From: Syntrophales bacterium
GTDB taxonomy: Bacteria; Desulfobacterota; Syntrophia; Syntrophales; UBA2210
Reading direction: 5' to 3'
Length of the DNA: 64,000 nt
Assembly: GCA_963666365.2 (NCBI GenBank)
Contig: CAXXNF010000001.1
Location: 256,001-320,000, forward strand
In this document: piece by piece, positions 48,829 through 59,483 of the stretch
How positions within the stretch are numbered: position 1 is the stretch's first letter
How the letters are laid out: every line of letters starts with the position of its first letter
Position numbers and translations under genes: made by a program
Notes under the pieces: generated by a model
Told to the model about the DNA's origin: nothing
Seen by the model: only the letters and a program-made list of their open reading frames with translations
The model's database searches: none

Positions 48829-50359
48829 CAGCATACCGGGGGGCCACAGGTATACGGATGAAGAAGCTCGTCCCTTGTCCCGGCTTTGATTTCACATTCA
48901 TATATCCACCGTGTTCTCGTATGATTTTACGGCTGATTGCCAAGCCAAGACCGGTGCCCCCTTCTCTGGTAGTGTAAAAGGGCTCGAAGATACGCTTCAT
49001 TTTGTCGTGCCGAATGCCCACCCCCGTGTCGGCAATCGTCACCTCCACCGTCGTGCTGCCGTCGTCTCTCAAGAGACCCGTGGTAAAGGTGAGCATGCCC
49101 CCCTGCGGCATTGCCTCGATGCCGTTGAGCGCAATATTGAGAAAAACCTGGATCATCTGTTCGCTGTCAATGAGGACGGGCGGCAGATCATCCGCCAGAA
49201 ACGCATCGATGGTGACAGCATCGGGCAGATTTCCCTGTTCGATCAAAACGACGGTTCTCTTTACGAGTTCGTTGACGTTAAGCGGTTTCATGGCGGGTGC
49301 GCAGGGCTTCGCATAGTTGAGGAACCGTGAAACCACATTGCCAAGCCGATCGACTTCTTCCGTAATTACCGTAAAGAGTTCGACGCTTTCGCTGCCTTCA
49401 ACCTCCGACTTGAGATACTGCGCAGCCCCCTTTATCGAGGCAAGAGGATTCCGTATTTCATGGGCAAGCCCTGTCGCCATTTCTTCCAGAAAGAGCGACT
49501 TTTCACGTTCCACCTCTTCATCAATGGCAAAAAGGGAGGTGAATGTAGCGTTCCCCTCGAAAAAAAAGTGGCCCGCTGCCTTTTTCAGAAGGAGCTTCAC
49601 CGGATCAACGAAGATCACGATTACGAAAGAGGCCATGAAGACGAGGGTAAAGTCGGGAAAGGGTCCATTCGTGCCGAAAATTGCAATAACCGTGTAAAAA
49701 ACAACAGTGACGAAGACGATGAGAATGAAAATAATCACCGCTCTCATCATAATTTCGTAAAGTTCCGGAAGTTTGGGATAGGTGATTATGATGAGGATGA
49801 AGTAAACCAGGGCCGCCAGTGCGATTTCCGACAGACCCGGAATGTCGATCCCCGCATCACGAAGGGGATCACTCAGGCTGACAATGAGGGTTGCGACGGC
49901 GGCAACGGCAACATAGCGGAGCCTTTTCTTTTCAGCACCCTCGACCTGAGACGCCGCACGAACGAGGGCGATGGAACAGCACAGGAGGGTCGCGTACAGA
50001 TACAGGTAGAGAATCCCCCCCATGAATCCCTCATTATGCCGAAGCAGGAAAAACGCCGTCCCCAAAACACAGGATACAAGAACGACATAGGGCAGCAGTT
50101 TTCTTAATATGTCTCCCTGCGCGTCGAGAAAGCGTCGGCAGAATACAAGCAGAAATAGAGGAATAAGCAGGATACCCGTTACATATAAGGACTTCCAGAA
50201 GAAGAGCCCGCTCACGTCATAAAAAAACAGACCGGACTTCTCAAGTGCAAGAACAAGGCACAGCGCCGCATAGGAAAGATGCAGCGGATTTTGCTTTTTT
50301 TTTATGATCAGCGAAATTGCAATAGCCAGGCTTATCGCCGCCAGGGCAAAGGTTTCCAT
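48815..50359 (-). CDS. Multi-TM sensor histidine kinase (NtrB-like core)
   Basis: Hydrophobic N-terminal half; [16 protein letters not shown]. Confidence 0.93.
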   Translation of the reverse strand: METFALAAISLAIAISLIIKKKQNPLHLSYAALCLVLALEKSGLFFYDVSGLFFWKSLYVTGILLIPLFLLVFCRRFLDAQGDILRKLLPYVVLVSCVLGTAFFLLRHNEGFMGGILYLYLYATLLCCSIALVRAASQVEGAEKKRLRYVAVAAVATLIVSLSDPLRDAGIDIPGLSEIALAALVYFILIIITYPKLPELYEIMMRAVIIFILIVFVTVVFYTVIAIFGTNGPFPDFTLVFMASFVIVIFVDPVKLLLKKAAGHFFFEGNATFTSLFAIDEEVEREKSLFLEEMATGLAHEIRNPLASIKGAAQYLKSEVEGSESVELFTVITEEVDRLGNVVSRFLNYAKPCAPAMKPLNVNELVKRTVVLIEQGNLPDAVTIDAFLADDLPPVLIDSEQMIQVFLNIALNGIEAMPQGGMLTFTTGLLRDDGSTTVEVTIADTGVGIRHDKMKRIFEPFYTTREGGTGLGLAISRKIIREHGGYMNVKSKPGQGTSFFIRIPVAPRYAAKNL

Positions 50360-50362
50360 GGA

Positions 50363-52000
50363 TCATTTCACCGCATTTTCATCATAGCGATCCAGTGCCC
50401 GCCCTATCGCCATGACCAGCGTTTCAATGCGATAGGGTTTGGTCACGCAGCCCGCCGCCCCATGTTGCAGCGCTTCTTTCACCTGAGCCGATTCCGAATA
50501 TCCGCTTACGATAATGACTTTCTGATCGGGATTTTTACTGAAAATTCTTTTAAAAGTTTCCAGACCGTCGATTCCCGGATCCATGATCATATCGAGAAGG
50601 ACCACGTCCGCCCCCGACTTCTCCAGATATTCGAGGGCTTCCTCTCCCCCGGAAACCGTGGCAACGGAATACCCCCGGGTCGAAAGAATGAGCGATGCGA
50701 CTTCCCGCTGCTCGGCCACATCGTCTACCACCAGTATCAGTTCACCCTTCCCTCCGCAGGATGTGGCTGTTTTCCTGTGTTCTTCTTCGTGAAGCACTTC
50801 ATCTACCGCCGGAAAGTAGAGGGTGAATGTGCTCCCTTTGCCTTCCCCACTTTCCAGGTCTATGTGCCCCTTGTGATCCTGAACACACCCCCACACCACG
50901 GCCATGCCCAGGCCCGTACCGCTTCTTCCCAGAACCTTTTTTGTGTAGAAAGGCTCGAATATACGTTCCCTGTCAACGGGAGACATTCCGATTCCTGTAT
51001 CGGAAACCGTCAGCACTGCATAATCGCCTTCCTTTATCCGTCCGTATGTCGCCATACGCTCTTTGACGCGGCGGTTTTCCGTTATTAACCTCACATATCC
51101 GTCTCCCCGCCCGATTGCCTCGGATGCATTCGACAGCAGTGTCATCACAGTCTTCGCCAGATGGGCCGATGACCCTTTGATGTTGTGCAGGTTCGTATCG
51201 AGCCGCACCTCAAACTCCACGTGAGGATGGTAGTGTCGAAGCAGTGCATATTCCGGAGTCTGAAGATATTCTTCGATGATCCTGTTCATATTGACCACCC
51301 TGTCAGCCTTCACACCCCTCCTCGCCAGGGTCAAAAGCTCCTGAACCATGGTCGCTGCTTTCTCTCCAGATTTCCTGATAGTGCGCAAAGGTTCTCTCAG
51401 GGGGCTGTCTTCCGGAATTTCCATAAGCATTAACTCAGGCAGACTTACAAGTCCCGTAAGGACATTATTGAGATCGTGCGCCACCCCTCCCGCCAGGGCG
51501 CCCACCGCTTCCATCTTCCGATCATAGAGGAAACGCCTCTTCAGCTCTTCCTTTTCTTCCTCAGCCAGTCCGCGGTAGGTCTCTTCGCTTTCCCGGAGCG
51601 CCTTTCCGTTTTGACGGCAGATCCTATCCTTATGCGCCGCCATGTCATTGACAACCCATATCACAGAGGAATCTTCACCCAGCGTTTGTACGGCCCCCGA
51701 TATGAGTCCACTGCGCAGCATGCCCGATTTTGTCCGGTAGGTCAGTGGGCGATTGGACAACAGTGTGTCTTTCACAACGGTCTCTTGAATATCGATCCAT
51801 TCATCGGGCGAGATCAATGCGGTGCACTCCGCCACGGTGCGACCCACAAGCTCGTCGCGTGAATACCCCGTCTCTCCTTCAAAGCGTCGATTCACCTCGA
51901 TAAAGCGCCCCTCATCACCTGTGGTAATCGCCATCATGCAGGGCGCGTCCCAAAAAACCATGCTCATTCTATCCGAAATGTTTTCATTGCCGGCGGACAT
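50363..52000 (-). CDS. PAS hybrid histidine kinase/response regulator
   Basis: PAS; LAGGVAHDLNN; GTGLGM; REC VVDD...LDMIM...TKPY; start 52000 chosen from RBS (52027 is an alternative). Confidence 0.9.
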   Translation of the reverse strand: MSAGNENISDRMSMVFWDAPCMMAITTGDEGRFIEVNRRFEGETGYSRDELVGRTVAECTALISPDEWIDIQETVVKDTLLSNRPLTYRTKSGMLRSGLISGAVQTLGEDSSVIWVVNDMAAHKDRICRQNGKALRESEETYRGLAEEEKEELKRRFLYDRKMEAVGALAGGVAHDLNNVLTGLVSLPELMLMEIPEDSPLREPLRTIRKSGEKAATMVQELLTLARRGVKADRVVNMNRIIEEYLQTPEYALLRHYHPHVEFEVRLDTNLHNIKGSSAHLAKTVMTLLSNASEAIGRGDGYVRLITENRRVKERMATYGRIKEGDYAVLTVSDTGIGMSPVDRERIFEPFYTKKVLGRSGTGLGMAVVWGCVQDHKGHIDLESGEGKGSTFTLYFPAVDEVLHEEEHRKTATSCGGKGELILVVDDVAEQREVASLILSTRGYSVATVSGGEEALEYLEKSGADVVLLDMIMDPGIDGLETFKRIFSKNPDQKVIIVSGYSESAQVKEALQHGAAGCVTKPYRIETLVMAIGRALDRYDENAVK

Positions 52001-52132
52001 CGGTATCGTCACCCCCTTAACGTACAAGCCTTATAATATAATTGGAATTTTTTTACAACGTATGATGATGCTGCAGGATATCCCGTTCAGGTTCTCACGA
52101 AGCAAAATGCATGGAAAAAGAGGCGTCCTTCT

Positions 52133-53302
52133 CTATTTCCCCCGCAGAAGGAAGTCAAGGGCGAACTTCGCGTAGAGGGCGGCGCCTATTTCGAGGACGT
52201 CTTCATCAATCATAAACATCGCGTGATGGTGCGGAAAGAGTACCCCTTTCCCTTCATTACGAATACCGAGAAACACCATGATTCCGGGAGCATGTTTCTG
52301 GTATTCGGAAAAATCCTCGCCGGCCGTCACCTTTTCCATCGTGGCTATGTGCTGTTCCAGACCGAGACCTCTTGCCGACCCGTATGCAATTTCGGAACAG
52401 CGGCGGTCGTTCACCACCGGATCGATGGCATGTCTGTAGTCTATCTCCGCCTTTGCTCCATAGGAGTGGGCGGTATCTTCTACGATTCGCTGTATGGACT
52501 CCTTTACCACCGCGCCGGTATGCGCATCATAAAATCGTGCGGTACCCTGAAGCAGCGCTTCGCCGGCGATCACGTTGAAGGCCGTGCCGGCATTGAAGGC
52601 GCCAACGGTAACCACGGCGGGCTCGAGGGGATTCACCATTCTGCTTACCACCGACTGCAGATTCATCACCATGGCGGAACCGGCGACAACACTGTCGACA
52701 CAGCAGTGAGGAAGCGCCCCGTGACCGCCCTTGCCGGCAATTCGGACAGTAAACACATCGGAAGCGGCCATTCTCGGACCTTCCTCAAGCGAGATCTTTC
52801 CCGACGGAAGTTCGCTCCAGAGATGAATCGCAAAAATGCCTTTCACCCCCTCCATGACCCCCTCCTCTATCAGCCGTTTCGCGCCCTCCGTCGTTTCCTC
52901 CGCAGGCTGAAAAATAAGCGTTACCCTTCCCGGCAGCTCATGTTGCATTTTCTTGAGTATACGTGCGGCCCCGAGCAGCATGGCCATATGTCCGTCATGC
53001 CCGCAGGCGTGCATTACACCGTCACGTTCCGATGCATAGGACAATGCGGTCCTCTCCGTTACTTTCAGGGCATCCATATCGGCACGCAACGCCACGATAT
53101 CACCCTTCTGCGTCCCCTCCACGATGGCGACGACCCCCCTATCGGCAATCCGCCGGTACGGAATATCCATTCTATCCAGTTCCCGCTCAATGCGACTCGC
53201 GGTGTGCTGTTCTTTCCAGGCAATCTCCGGATACTGATGGAATTCGCGCCGCAGGTCAATAATGTAAGGGGCATACTTTCGTGACAACTCCCGAATGTTC
53301 AT
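52133..53302 (-). CDS. M20D amidohydrolase
   Basis: ALRADMDAL, MHACGHDGH, FQPAEE, GEDFS; start overlaps the upstream stop (ATGA). Confidence 0.92.
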   Translation of the reverse strand: MNIRELSRKYAPYIIDLRREFHQYPEIAWKEQHTASRIERELDRMDIPYRRIADRGVVAIVEGTQKGDIVALRADMDALKVTERTALSYASERDGVMHACGHDGHMAMLLGAARILKKMQHELPGRVTLIFQPAEETTEGAKRLIEEGVMEGVKGIFAIHLWSELPSGKISLEEGPRMAASDVFTVRIAGKGGHGALPHCCVDSVVAGSAMVMNLQSVVSRMVNPLEPAVVTVGAFNAGTAFNVIAGEALLQGTARFYDAHTGAVVKESIQRIVEDTAHSYGAKAEIDYRHAIDPVVNDRRCSEIAYGSARGLGLEQHIATMEKVTAGEDFSEYQKHAPGIMVFLGIRNEGKGVLFPHHHAMFMIDEDVLEIGAALYAKFALDFLLRGK

Positions 53303-54447
53303 TGTGCTCCCCCGATTGCACATTCGGATATCGCCTTGACTACTGCGTCGGCGGCACGGTCGACCTCTTCGATAGTGGTCATCCGGCCGACGGAAAATCT
53401 CAGTGTCCCCTTCGCCCATTCCAGGGGCACCTCCATGGCCTCAAGCACATGGGACAGGGCAACTTCTTCTGCGTGGCATGCGGCGCCTGCCGAGGCAGCG
53501 ACGTCAAGGCCGATCGACTCCAGCAGATGATTTGCTTCAAAGCCCTTGAAGGAGAGGCTGAGGGTGTTGGGCAGGCGGGATTCGGGATGACCGTTCAGCC
53601 GAATTTCGGCGCCTCCGCCGGCAATGCTCTTGTGTAGCCGATCGCGCAGGGTGCGCATGCGTTTCATAGCATGCTCCAGGCCTTCGGCCGCAATTTCACA
53701 GGCCCTGCCCAGCCCGACGATTCCCGGCACGTTTTCCGTGCCCGCCCGCATGCCTCTCTCCTGCCCGGCGCCATGACAGAACTTCTCCAGTGCAACACCA
53801 CTGCGCGCATAGAGGGCGCCGACGCCCTTGGGTGCATAGAGCTTGTGACCGGCGATGGAAAGCAGATCTATGCCGAGGGTCGATACATCGACGGGAATCT
53901 TGCCGACCGACTGGGCCGCATCGGTATGCATCACAATGCCCCGCGACCTCGCAAGCTCAGCAATGGCCGCGATGGGCTGCACGGTCCCCACTTCATTGTT
54001 TGCGTGCATGATGCTTATCAGAATGGTATCGGAACGAAGTGCCGCTGCCACACGTCCGGGGTCGATCATACCCTGGGCGTCCACGGGAACAAGGGTGGTC
54101 TGAAACCCTTCGGTTTCCAGGTACCGGCATACTTCCAGCACCGCGGGATGTTCGATGGCACTTGTGACAACATGCCGCCCCTTCTGCTTCAGCGCCCTCG
54201 CCATACCCTTGATCGCCTGATTGTTCGATTCGGTGCCGCCGGAAGTGAAAAACACTTCTTCCGGACGGCAGCCGAGCAGCCCGGCCACCTGCAGCCGTGC
54301 CGCTTCTAAAGCCTTCTTCGGCTTAATGCCGTACCAGTGGGAACTTGACGGATTCCCGAAGTCTTCTTCGAGAAAGGGCTTCATTGCGGCACTCACCGCA
54401 GGATCAAGCGGGGTGGTACCGTTGTAATCGAGATAGATGGGTTGCAT
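53299..54447 (-). CDS. Cysteine desulfurase (group I NifS/IscS-like)
   Basis: YLDYNGTTP, FTSGGTESNN, HTDAAQ, AGHKLY, SAGAACH. Confidence 0.92.
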   Translation of the reverse strand: MQPIYLDYNGTTPLDPAVSAAMKPFLEEDFGNPSSSHWYGIKPKKALEAARLQVAGLLGCRPEEVFFTSGGTESNNQAIKGMARALKQKGRHVVTSAIEHPAVLEVCRYLETEGFQTTLVPVDAQGMIDPGRVAAALRSDTILISIMHANNEVGTVQPIAAIAELARSRGIVMHTDAAQSVGKIPVDVSTLGIDLLSIAGHKLYAPKGVGALYARSGVALEKFCHGAGQERGMRAGTENVPGIVGLGRACEIAAEGLEHAMKRMRTLRDRLHKSIAGGGAEIRLNGHPESRLPNTLSLSFKGFEANHLLESIGLDVAASAGAACHAEEVALSHVLEAMEVPLEWAKGTLRFSVGRMTTIEEVDRAADAVVKAISECAIGGAQ

Positions 54448-55024
54448 GATACCTTTAAAAAACCTGTACACTACTCCCGGCCATACCATCGGCATGATGG
54501 CAGGCAATAAAATTTAATTTATGCCAAAATTGAAATCAGGTTGCAATAGTCTTTCTTTATTTCCTTTCTTTCACGCACTCTTCTACGCAAGTGATGCATC
54601 GCTCGTGTAGTTTCCGATTCAGGGGCACCAACTGAAAAAGAATGCAGCCCAGGGAACAGTAATGCCCGCATCATGTACGTTTCATTATATTGCCGACCCG
54701 TCGGCAAGGTGGAGCTTTTTATGATCTCCGGTGCCAGGCGCTGCCATCTAATAATTTCTGTGAACCAGAAATTACCGGGTACCTTTTTCCCAATTTTTGC
54801 ACTCTTCAAACTACCACATAAATAATCAATAATTATGATCATTATTAGATTACAAATTGATTATTACATAAACCGTTATCTTATGTTTATATCTACCAGA
54901 ATATTATTGGTAACAGCAAATAATGCTGATCCAGGAATCAATAAACCTCGATCTCAATTATGATCGAAACTGCGTCTTTTAAAGCGAAAAAGCGAAGCCT
55001 TTCTCGTTTGTTGCGAGTGGTGAG

Positions 55025-56356
55025 ATGAATAATAACAAGACCAAAAAGGGATTGATTCGGAAATTAGCGGTCATAAATCCATCGAAAGCATGCTCAGCAA
55101 TGGAAGGTCGGCAACCATTCAGTACGTTGAGCAATACCAGTGCAATTAATATCGATCACATTTTCGAAAACTCACCGGACGCCATTTATGTAGTACAGGA
55201 TGGGAAGTTCAAATATGTAAATAAAAAAGTATCGGAGATATTAGGATATTCCAAAAAAGCGATGCTTGAAAAACACGCCGATGAATTCGTTCACCCTGAA
55301 GACAAAAAAAGAGTGATAGAAAATTTTCTTAGACGATTAAACGGAGAAAACGTAGAGCCCTACATTTACAAAGGGTATGACAAAGATGGCAATCTGCAAT
55401 GGCGCAAGATTGCCGATCTGGTTATCTTGTGGGAAGGTCGGCCGGCAACATTGAATTTCGTAAGTGACGCCACACCTCGAGTAATTGCAGAAGAAGCCCT
55501 AAAGAAAACAGAAAGACAACTGAAAGATATAATGAATTTTCTCCCCGATGCCACTTTTGCACGAGATACTGAGGGAAAGGTTATCGCATGGAACAAAGAA
55601 ATGGAAAAACTGTCAAGGATCAAGGCAGCCGACATACTCGGAAAATGTAATCATGAATATTCACTGCCCTTTTACGGAATGCGAAGACCAATGCTGATAG
55701 ACCTCATACTAACCCCCGATGAGGAGTTAGAAAAGAGTTATGCATACGTCAAGAGGGAAAATAACTTCATATATGCTGTTAGCAGCTTTAATTACAAGGG
55801 AAAACATATTTGGATGTGGGCAAAATCCAGCGTGATTTACGATCATCATGAAAACATTATTGGTGCCGTAGAAACAATCCGGGATATCACCGATTCAAAG
55901 ATTGCTGAACATGAGTTAAAAGAAAAAACAGCAAATTTAGAGGCCGCCAATACAGCGCTGAAGGTGTTACTGAAACACCAGAAAGACGATAAAAATGAAA
56001 TTGAGAACAAAGTTGTCAGAAATGTAAAAGAACTGGTCTTGCCTTACCTGGAAAATCTCAAAGTCACTGGTCTCACATCCACCCAGGCCCGTCACTTAGA
56101 TATTGCAGAAAAGCACCTGAACGAATTGATTTCACCCTTTTTGGTGAAAATGGCCCTTACGCACGGAAAACTCACCACAAGAGAAGTGCAGATTGCAAGT
56201 TTGATCAAGGACGGTAAGACCACCAAAGATATTGCAGAAACACTGAATCTTGAAACCACGACTATCAACAATCATCGAGGTCGTATACGCAATAAACTGG
56301 GATTAAAAGGAAAGGAAAAGAATCTTCGATCCTATCTTTTGTCATTTCATAAATAG
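55025..56356 (+). CDS. PAS-PAS-LuxR transcriptional regulator
   Basis: Two PAS units; LTTREVQIASLIKDGKTTKDIA; true start uncertain. Confidence 0.9.
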   Translation: MNNNKTKKGLIRKLAVINPSKACSAMEGRQPFSTLSNTSAINIDHIFENSPDAIYVVQDGKFKYVNKKVSEILGYSKKAMLEKHADEFVHPEDKKRVIENFLRRLNGENVEPYIYKGYDKDGNLQWRKIADLVILWEGRPATLNFVSDATPRVIAEEALKKTERQLKDIMNFLPDATFARDTEGKVIAWNKEMEKLSRIKAADILGKCNHEYSLPFYGMRRPMLIDLILTPDEELEKSYAYVKRENNFIYAVSSFNYKGKHIWMWAKSSVIYDHHENIIGAVETIRDITDSKIAEHELKEKTANLEAANTALKVLLKHQKDDKNEIENKVVRNVKELVLPYLENLKVTGLTSTQARHLDIAEKHLNELISPFLVKMALTHGKLTTREVQIASLIKDGKTTKDIAETLNLETTTINNHRGRIRNKLGLKGKEKNLRSYLLSFHK

Positions 56357-56465
56357 TCAAGAGATATTAGGGACATGTTTATTGTAAAGTAAAGGCCTAA
56401 TGTTCTTTTAATTAGATTTTTTGCGATAGAATAATAAAAGTCCGATATGGCGAGAGGAGAGAACT

Positions 56466-58181
56466 ATGAATTATCTGATGCAGCCGAAAAAATATAAGAC
56501 CCTCATGGCAGACGAAGGATCAAGAGCGATTATGGCTAAGACGATCGCTTTCTTTGAGGGCTTGGGTAAAACCAAGCTTACCGAGGCCTACAACAAAAAA
56601 GAATGGCACAGAGAATTTCTTGACTTTATCGGACAGGAACAAATTTTTGCCAAATTACTGACGCCGAAAGAATTTGCAGACGGTGATCCTGACTGCCGAT
56701 GGGATACCGCCCGTATCAGCGAGTACAGCGAACTTCTTGCATTCTATGGGCTCGCCTACTGGTACTGTTTTCAGGTCAGTATCCTTGGTCTGGGGCCTAT
56801 ATGGATGAGTGGCAACGAAACGGTAAAAACAAAGGCGGCGGGGCTCCTCAAAGAAGGCGCCATCTTCGCATTCGGCTTATCCGAACGCGAACACGGCGCC
56901 GACATTTACTCCACAGAAACGTCCCTCACGCCCCGAGATGACGGCACCTGGATCGCAAACGGCGAAAAATATTATATCGGCAATGGCAACGAGGCCGCCA
57001 TGGTTTCCACTTTGGGGAAAATCAAGGACGGCACCGACGATTACACGTTCTTCGTTACCAATTATCTCAACAAGGCCTATGAACTGAAAAAGAACATCAT
57101 CAGCTCCCAGGAATACGTCGCTAACTTTGCGCTTCATGACTACCCCATAGCAAATGACGACATACTCTCACGCGGCGATGATGCGTGGAATTCGGCATTG
57201 AATACCGTGAACATCGGCAAATTCAATATAGGACCGGCCACCATTGGACTTGCCGAACACTGCTTTTACGAATCGATCAACCATGCGTCGAACCGCATCC
57301 TCTATGGAATGCCGGTAACCACCATGCCCCATGTGGTCAAAAATTTCATGGATGCCTGGTTGCGTCTGATTGGCATGAAGCTGTATCAGCGGCGCGCAAC
57401 GGACTATTTCAGATGCGCAAGTGAACAGGACCGGCGCTACCTGCTTTACAATCCTACCAGCAAAATGAAGGTCACACTGCAGGCCGAAGAAGTAATCGAT
57501 CTCCTCTGGGATGTAATCGCCGCCAAGGGATTTGAAAAAGACACCTACTTCTCTTCGGGCGCTGTTGCCGTGCGTGGACCATCAAAACTCGAAGGCACGG
57601 TACATGTAAATATCCAGCTCATACGCAAATTTATGAAAAATTATTTCTTCAACCCGAAAGATTACCCCCATGTCGAACCGAACTTTGAAAACAAGGACGA
57701 TCTGTTCCTCTTCAATCAGGGCCTGACGAAAGGATTGGGTAAAATTCAGTTTCATGACTACAGACCCATTTTTGATTCTTACAGAGACCTGCCCAATGTG
57801 GCTCCCTTTATCGAGCAGATCGAAATTTTCAAGGAAATGCTTGAAAAGGCCGGCCCCGAAAAAGCCCAGGACATGGATCCTTCCTGGTCCCTGCCCTTGG
57901 GGGAAATGTTCTCCATTGTTGTATACGGACAGCTCATTCTTGAGCAGGCGAAACTCGAGGGACTTGATGCGGATATCCTGAATCAGATTTTTGATTTCAT
58001 GGTGCGCGATTTTGCTCATTTTGCCCTGCAGATCTATGGCAATCACAGCTCGAAAGACCTGCAGCGGGAATATTGCTCAGAGATTATGCTCATTAAATCA
58101 GTCCCCGATCATGAGCAGTATAACAACGTATGGAATTCCTATGTCTCTGTTTTGAATGGTGAATTTACCATGAATGAATGA
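56466..58181 (+). CDS. Acyl-CoA dehydrogenase family protein (paralogue of 24064-25782)
   Basis: FAFGLSEREHGADI, KLEGTVHVN; collinear with the paralogue over the full length. Confidence 0.92.
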   Translation: MNYLMQPKKYKTLMADEGSRAIMAKTIAFFEGLGKTKLTEAYNKKEWHREFLDFIGQEQIFAKLLTPKEFADGDPDCRWDTARISEYSELLAFYGLAYWYCFQVSILGLGPIWMSGNETVKTKAAGLLKEGAIFAFGLSEREHGADIYSTETSLTPRDDGTWIANGEKYYIGNGNEAAMVSTLGKIKDGTDDYTFFVTNYLNKAYELKKNIISSQEYVANFALHDYPIANDDILSRGDDAWNSALNTVNIGKFNIGPATIGLAEHCFYESINHASNRILYGMPVTTMPHVVKNFMDAWLRLIGMKLYQRRATDYFRCASEQDRRYLLYNPTSKMKVTLQAEEVIDLLWDVIAAKGFEKDTYFSSGAVAVRGPSKLEGTVHVNIQLIRKFMKNYFFNPKDYPHVEPNFENKDDLFLFNQGLTKGLGKIQFHDYRPIFDSYRDLPNVAPFIEQIEIFKEMLEKAGPEKAQDMDPSWSLPLGEMFSIVVYGQLILEQAKLEGLDADILNQIFDFMVRDFAHFALQIYGNHSSKDLQREYCSEIMLIKSVPDHEQYNNVWNSYVSVLNGEFTMNE

Positions 58182-58253
58182 ATCGTGAGTTATATGGAAA
58201 ACCACACGCATGGATAACCGACGTTAATTATATAGTCATAAAAGGAATAGATT

Positions 58254-59306
58254 ATGAGGACACGTGTCACTGAAATGGTAGGAATCAAATATCCGATTGT
58301 ACTTTCAGGTATGAGCTGGATCAGCACGCCAAAAATGGTTGCGGCGGTTTCAAATGCCGGAGGTTTGGGTATTCTGGCGACGGGACCGCTCAGCAGCACA
58401 CAGACTCGTGAAGCGATCCGCGAAATCCGGAAATTGACAGATAAGCCCTTCGGCGCTAATGCATCGCTCATGTTCCAGGGCGCAGTTGAGAATGCCAAGG
58501 TTCTCCTGCAGGAACAGGTGCCGGTCATAAATTTTGCCCTGGGAAAGGGCGACTGGATTGTCAAGGAAGCACACAAATATGGCGGCAAGGTTTTTGCCAC
58601 CGTTGTTAATGTGCGTCATGCGAAAAGGGCGCAGGACTATGGCAGCGATGCGATCATCGCCACCGGCCAGGAAGCGGCGGCCCACGGCGAAGATGTCACA
58701 TCCATGGTGCTTATCCCCCATTTGGCGGACAATCTGCAAATACCGGTTATTGCGGCAGGAGGGTTTGCCGATGGCCGCGGACTGGCCGCCGCCCTGGCAC
58801 TCGGCGCGGAAGGGATTGCCATGGGCACACGAATGATGACCACCAAGGAAAGCCCGCTGCACGACAGTTTCAAAAAACTGTCTTTGGAAAAAGATGTTTA
58901 TGACACACTTTTTTCCACACGCCTGGACGGCATCCTTTGCCGTGTCATGAAAACTGATGCCGCCGAACGGGCAGTCAAAAACGGGTTAAGCCTCTATGCG
59001 GCGTTCGTCAATTCTCGGGAAATCGCCCGACAGGTTAATGTTCCCTACTTTAAACTATTTCTCGGCGTTCTGGCATCAGGCTGGGCGAACGCCAGGCAGA
59101 TGGCCTACATGGCCAATGCCTTTAAGGCATTCCAATCGGCGACTGAGGAAGGCAATACAAAATCCGGCATTCTTCCTGTCGGTCAGGTACAGGGCCTGAT
59201 TCATGACGAACCTACAGTGGTGGAATTGTTTGAGAGAATATTACTGGAAGCGCACAAGGCGCAGTCTAAAGTAAATGCGGCCTTATCAGTAAGTGCTGAT
59301 GCATGA
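58254..59306 (+). CDS. Nitronate monooxygenase/FabK-like flavoenzyme
   Basis: YPIVLSGM, VSNAGGLG, EAAAHG, VIAAGGFADGRG, MGTR. Confidence 0.9.
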   Translation: MRTRVTEMVGIKYPIVLSGMSWISTPKMVAAVSNAGGLGILATGPLSSTQTREAIREIRKLTDKPFGANASLMFQGAVENAKVLLQEQVPVINFALGKGDWIVKEAHKYGGKVFATVVNVRHAKRAQDYGSDAIIATGQEAAAHGEDVTSMVLIPHLADNLQIPVIAAGGFADGRGLAAALALGAEGIAMGTRMMTTKESPLHDSFKKLSLEKDVYDTLFSTRLDGILCRVMKTDAAERAVKNGLSLYAAFVNSREIARQVNVPYFKLFLGVLASGWANARQMAYMANAFKAFQSATEEGNTKSGILPVGQVQGLIHDEPTVVELFERILLEAHKAQSKVNAALSVSADA

Positions 59307-59483
59307 GTGCGCTTCCAGTAATAAAGAGAAACAGCACAGCGTAAGAGCGACGCAGTTCGTCAACATCTCTCACTATAGGGCAAAAGATATGCCGTGTGCA
59401 TTGAAAATTTTTGTCACAAAATAATCACGTTAGAACAGTTGTGATTAAAACAGAAATACTGGAAGGAAAGAAAGGAGAACAAA

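Noticed and set aside
59368..59380. CTCACTATAGGG resembling part of the T7 promoter
   Set aside because: Partial match only, with no vector or phage context; likely chance
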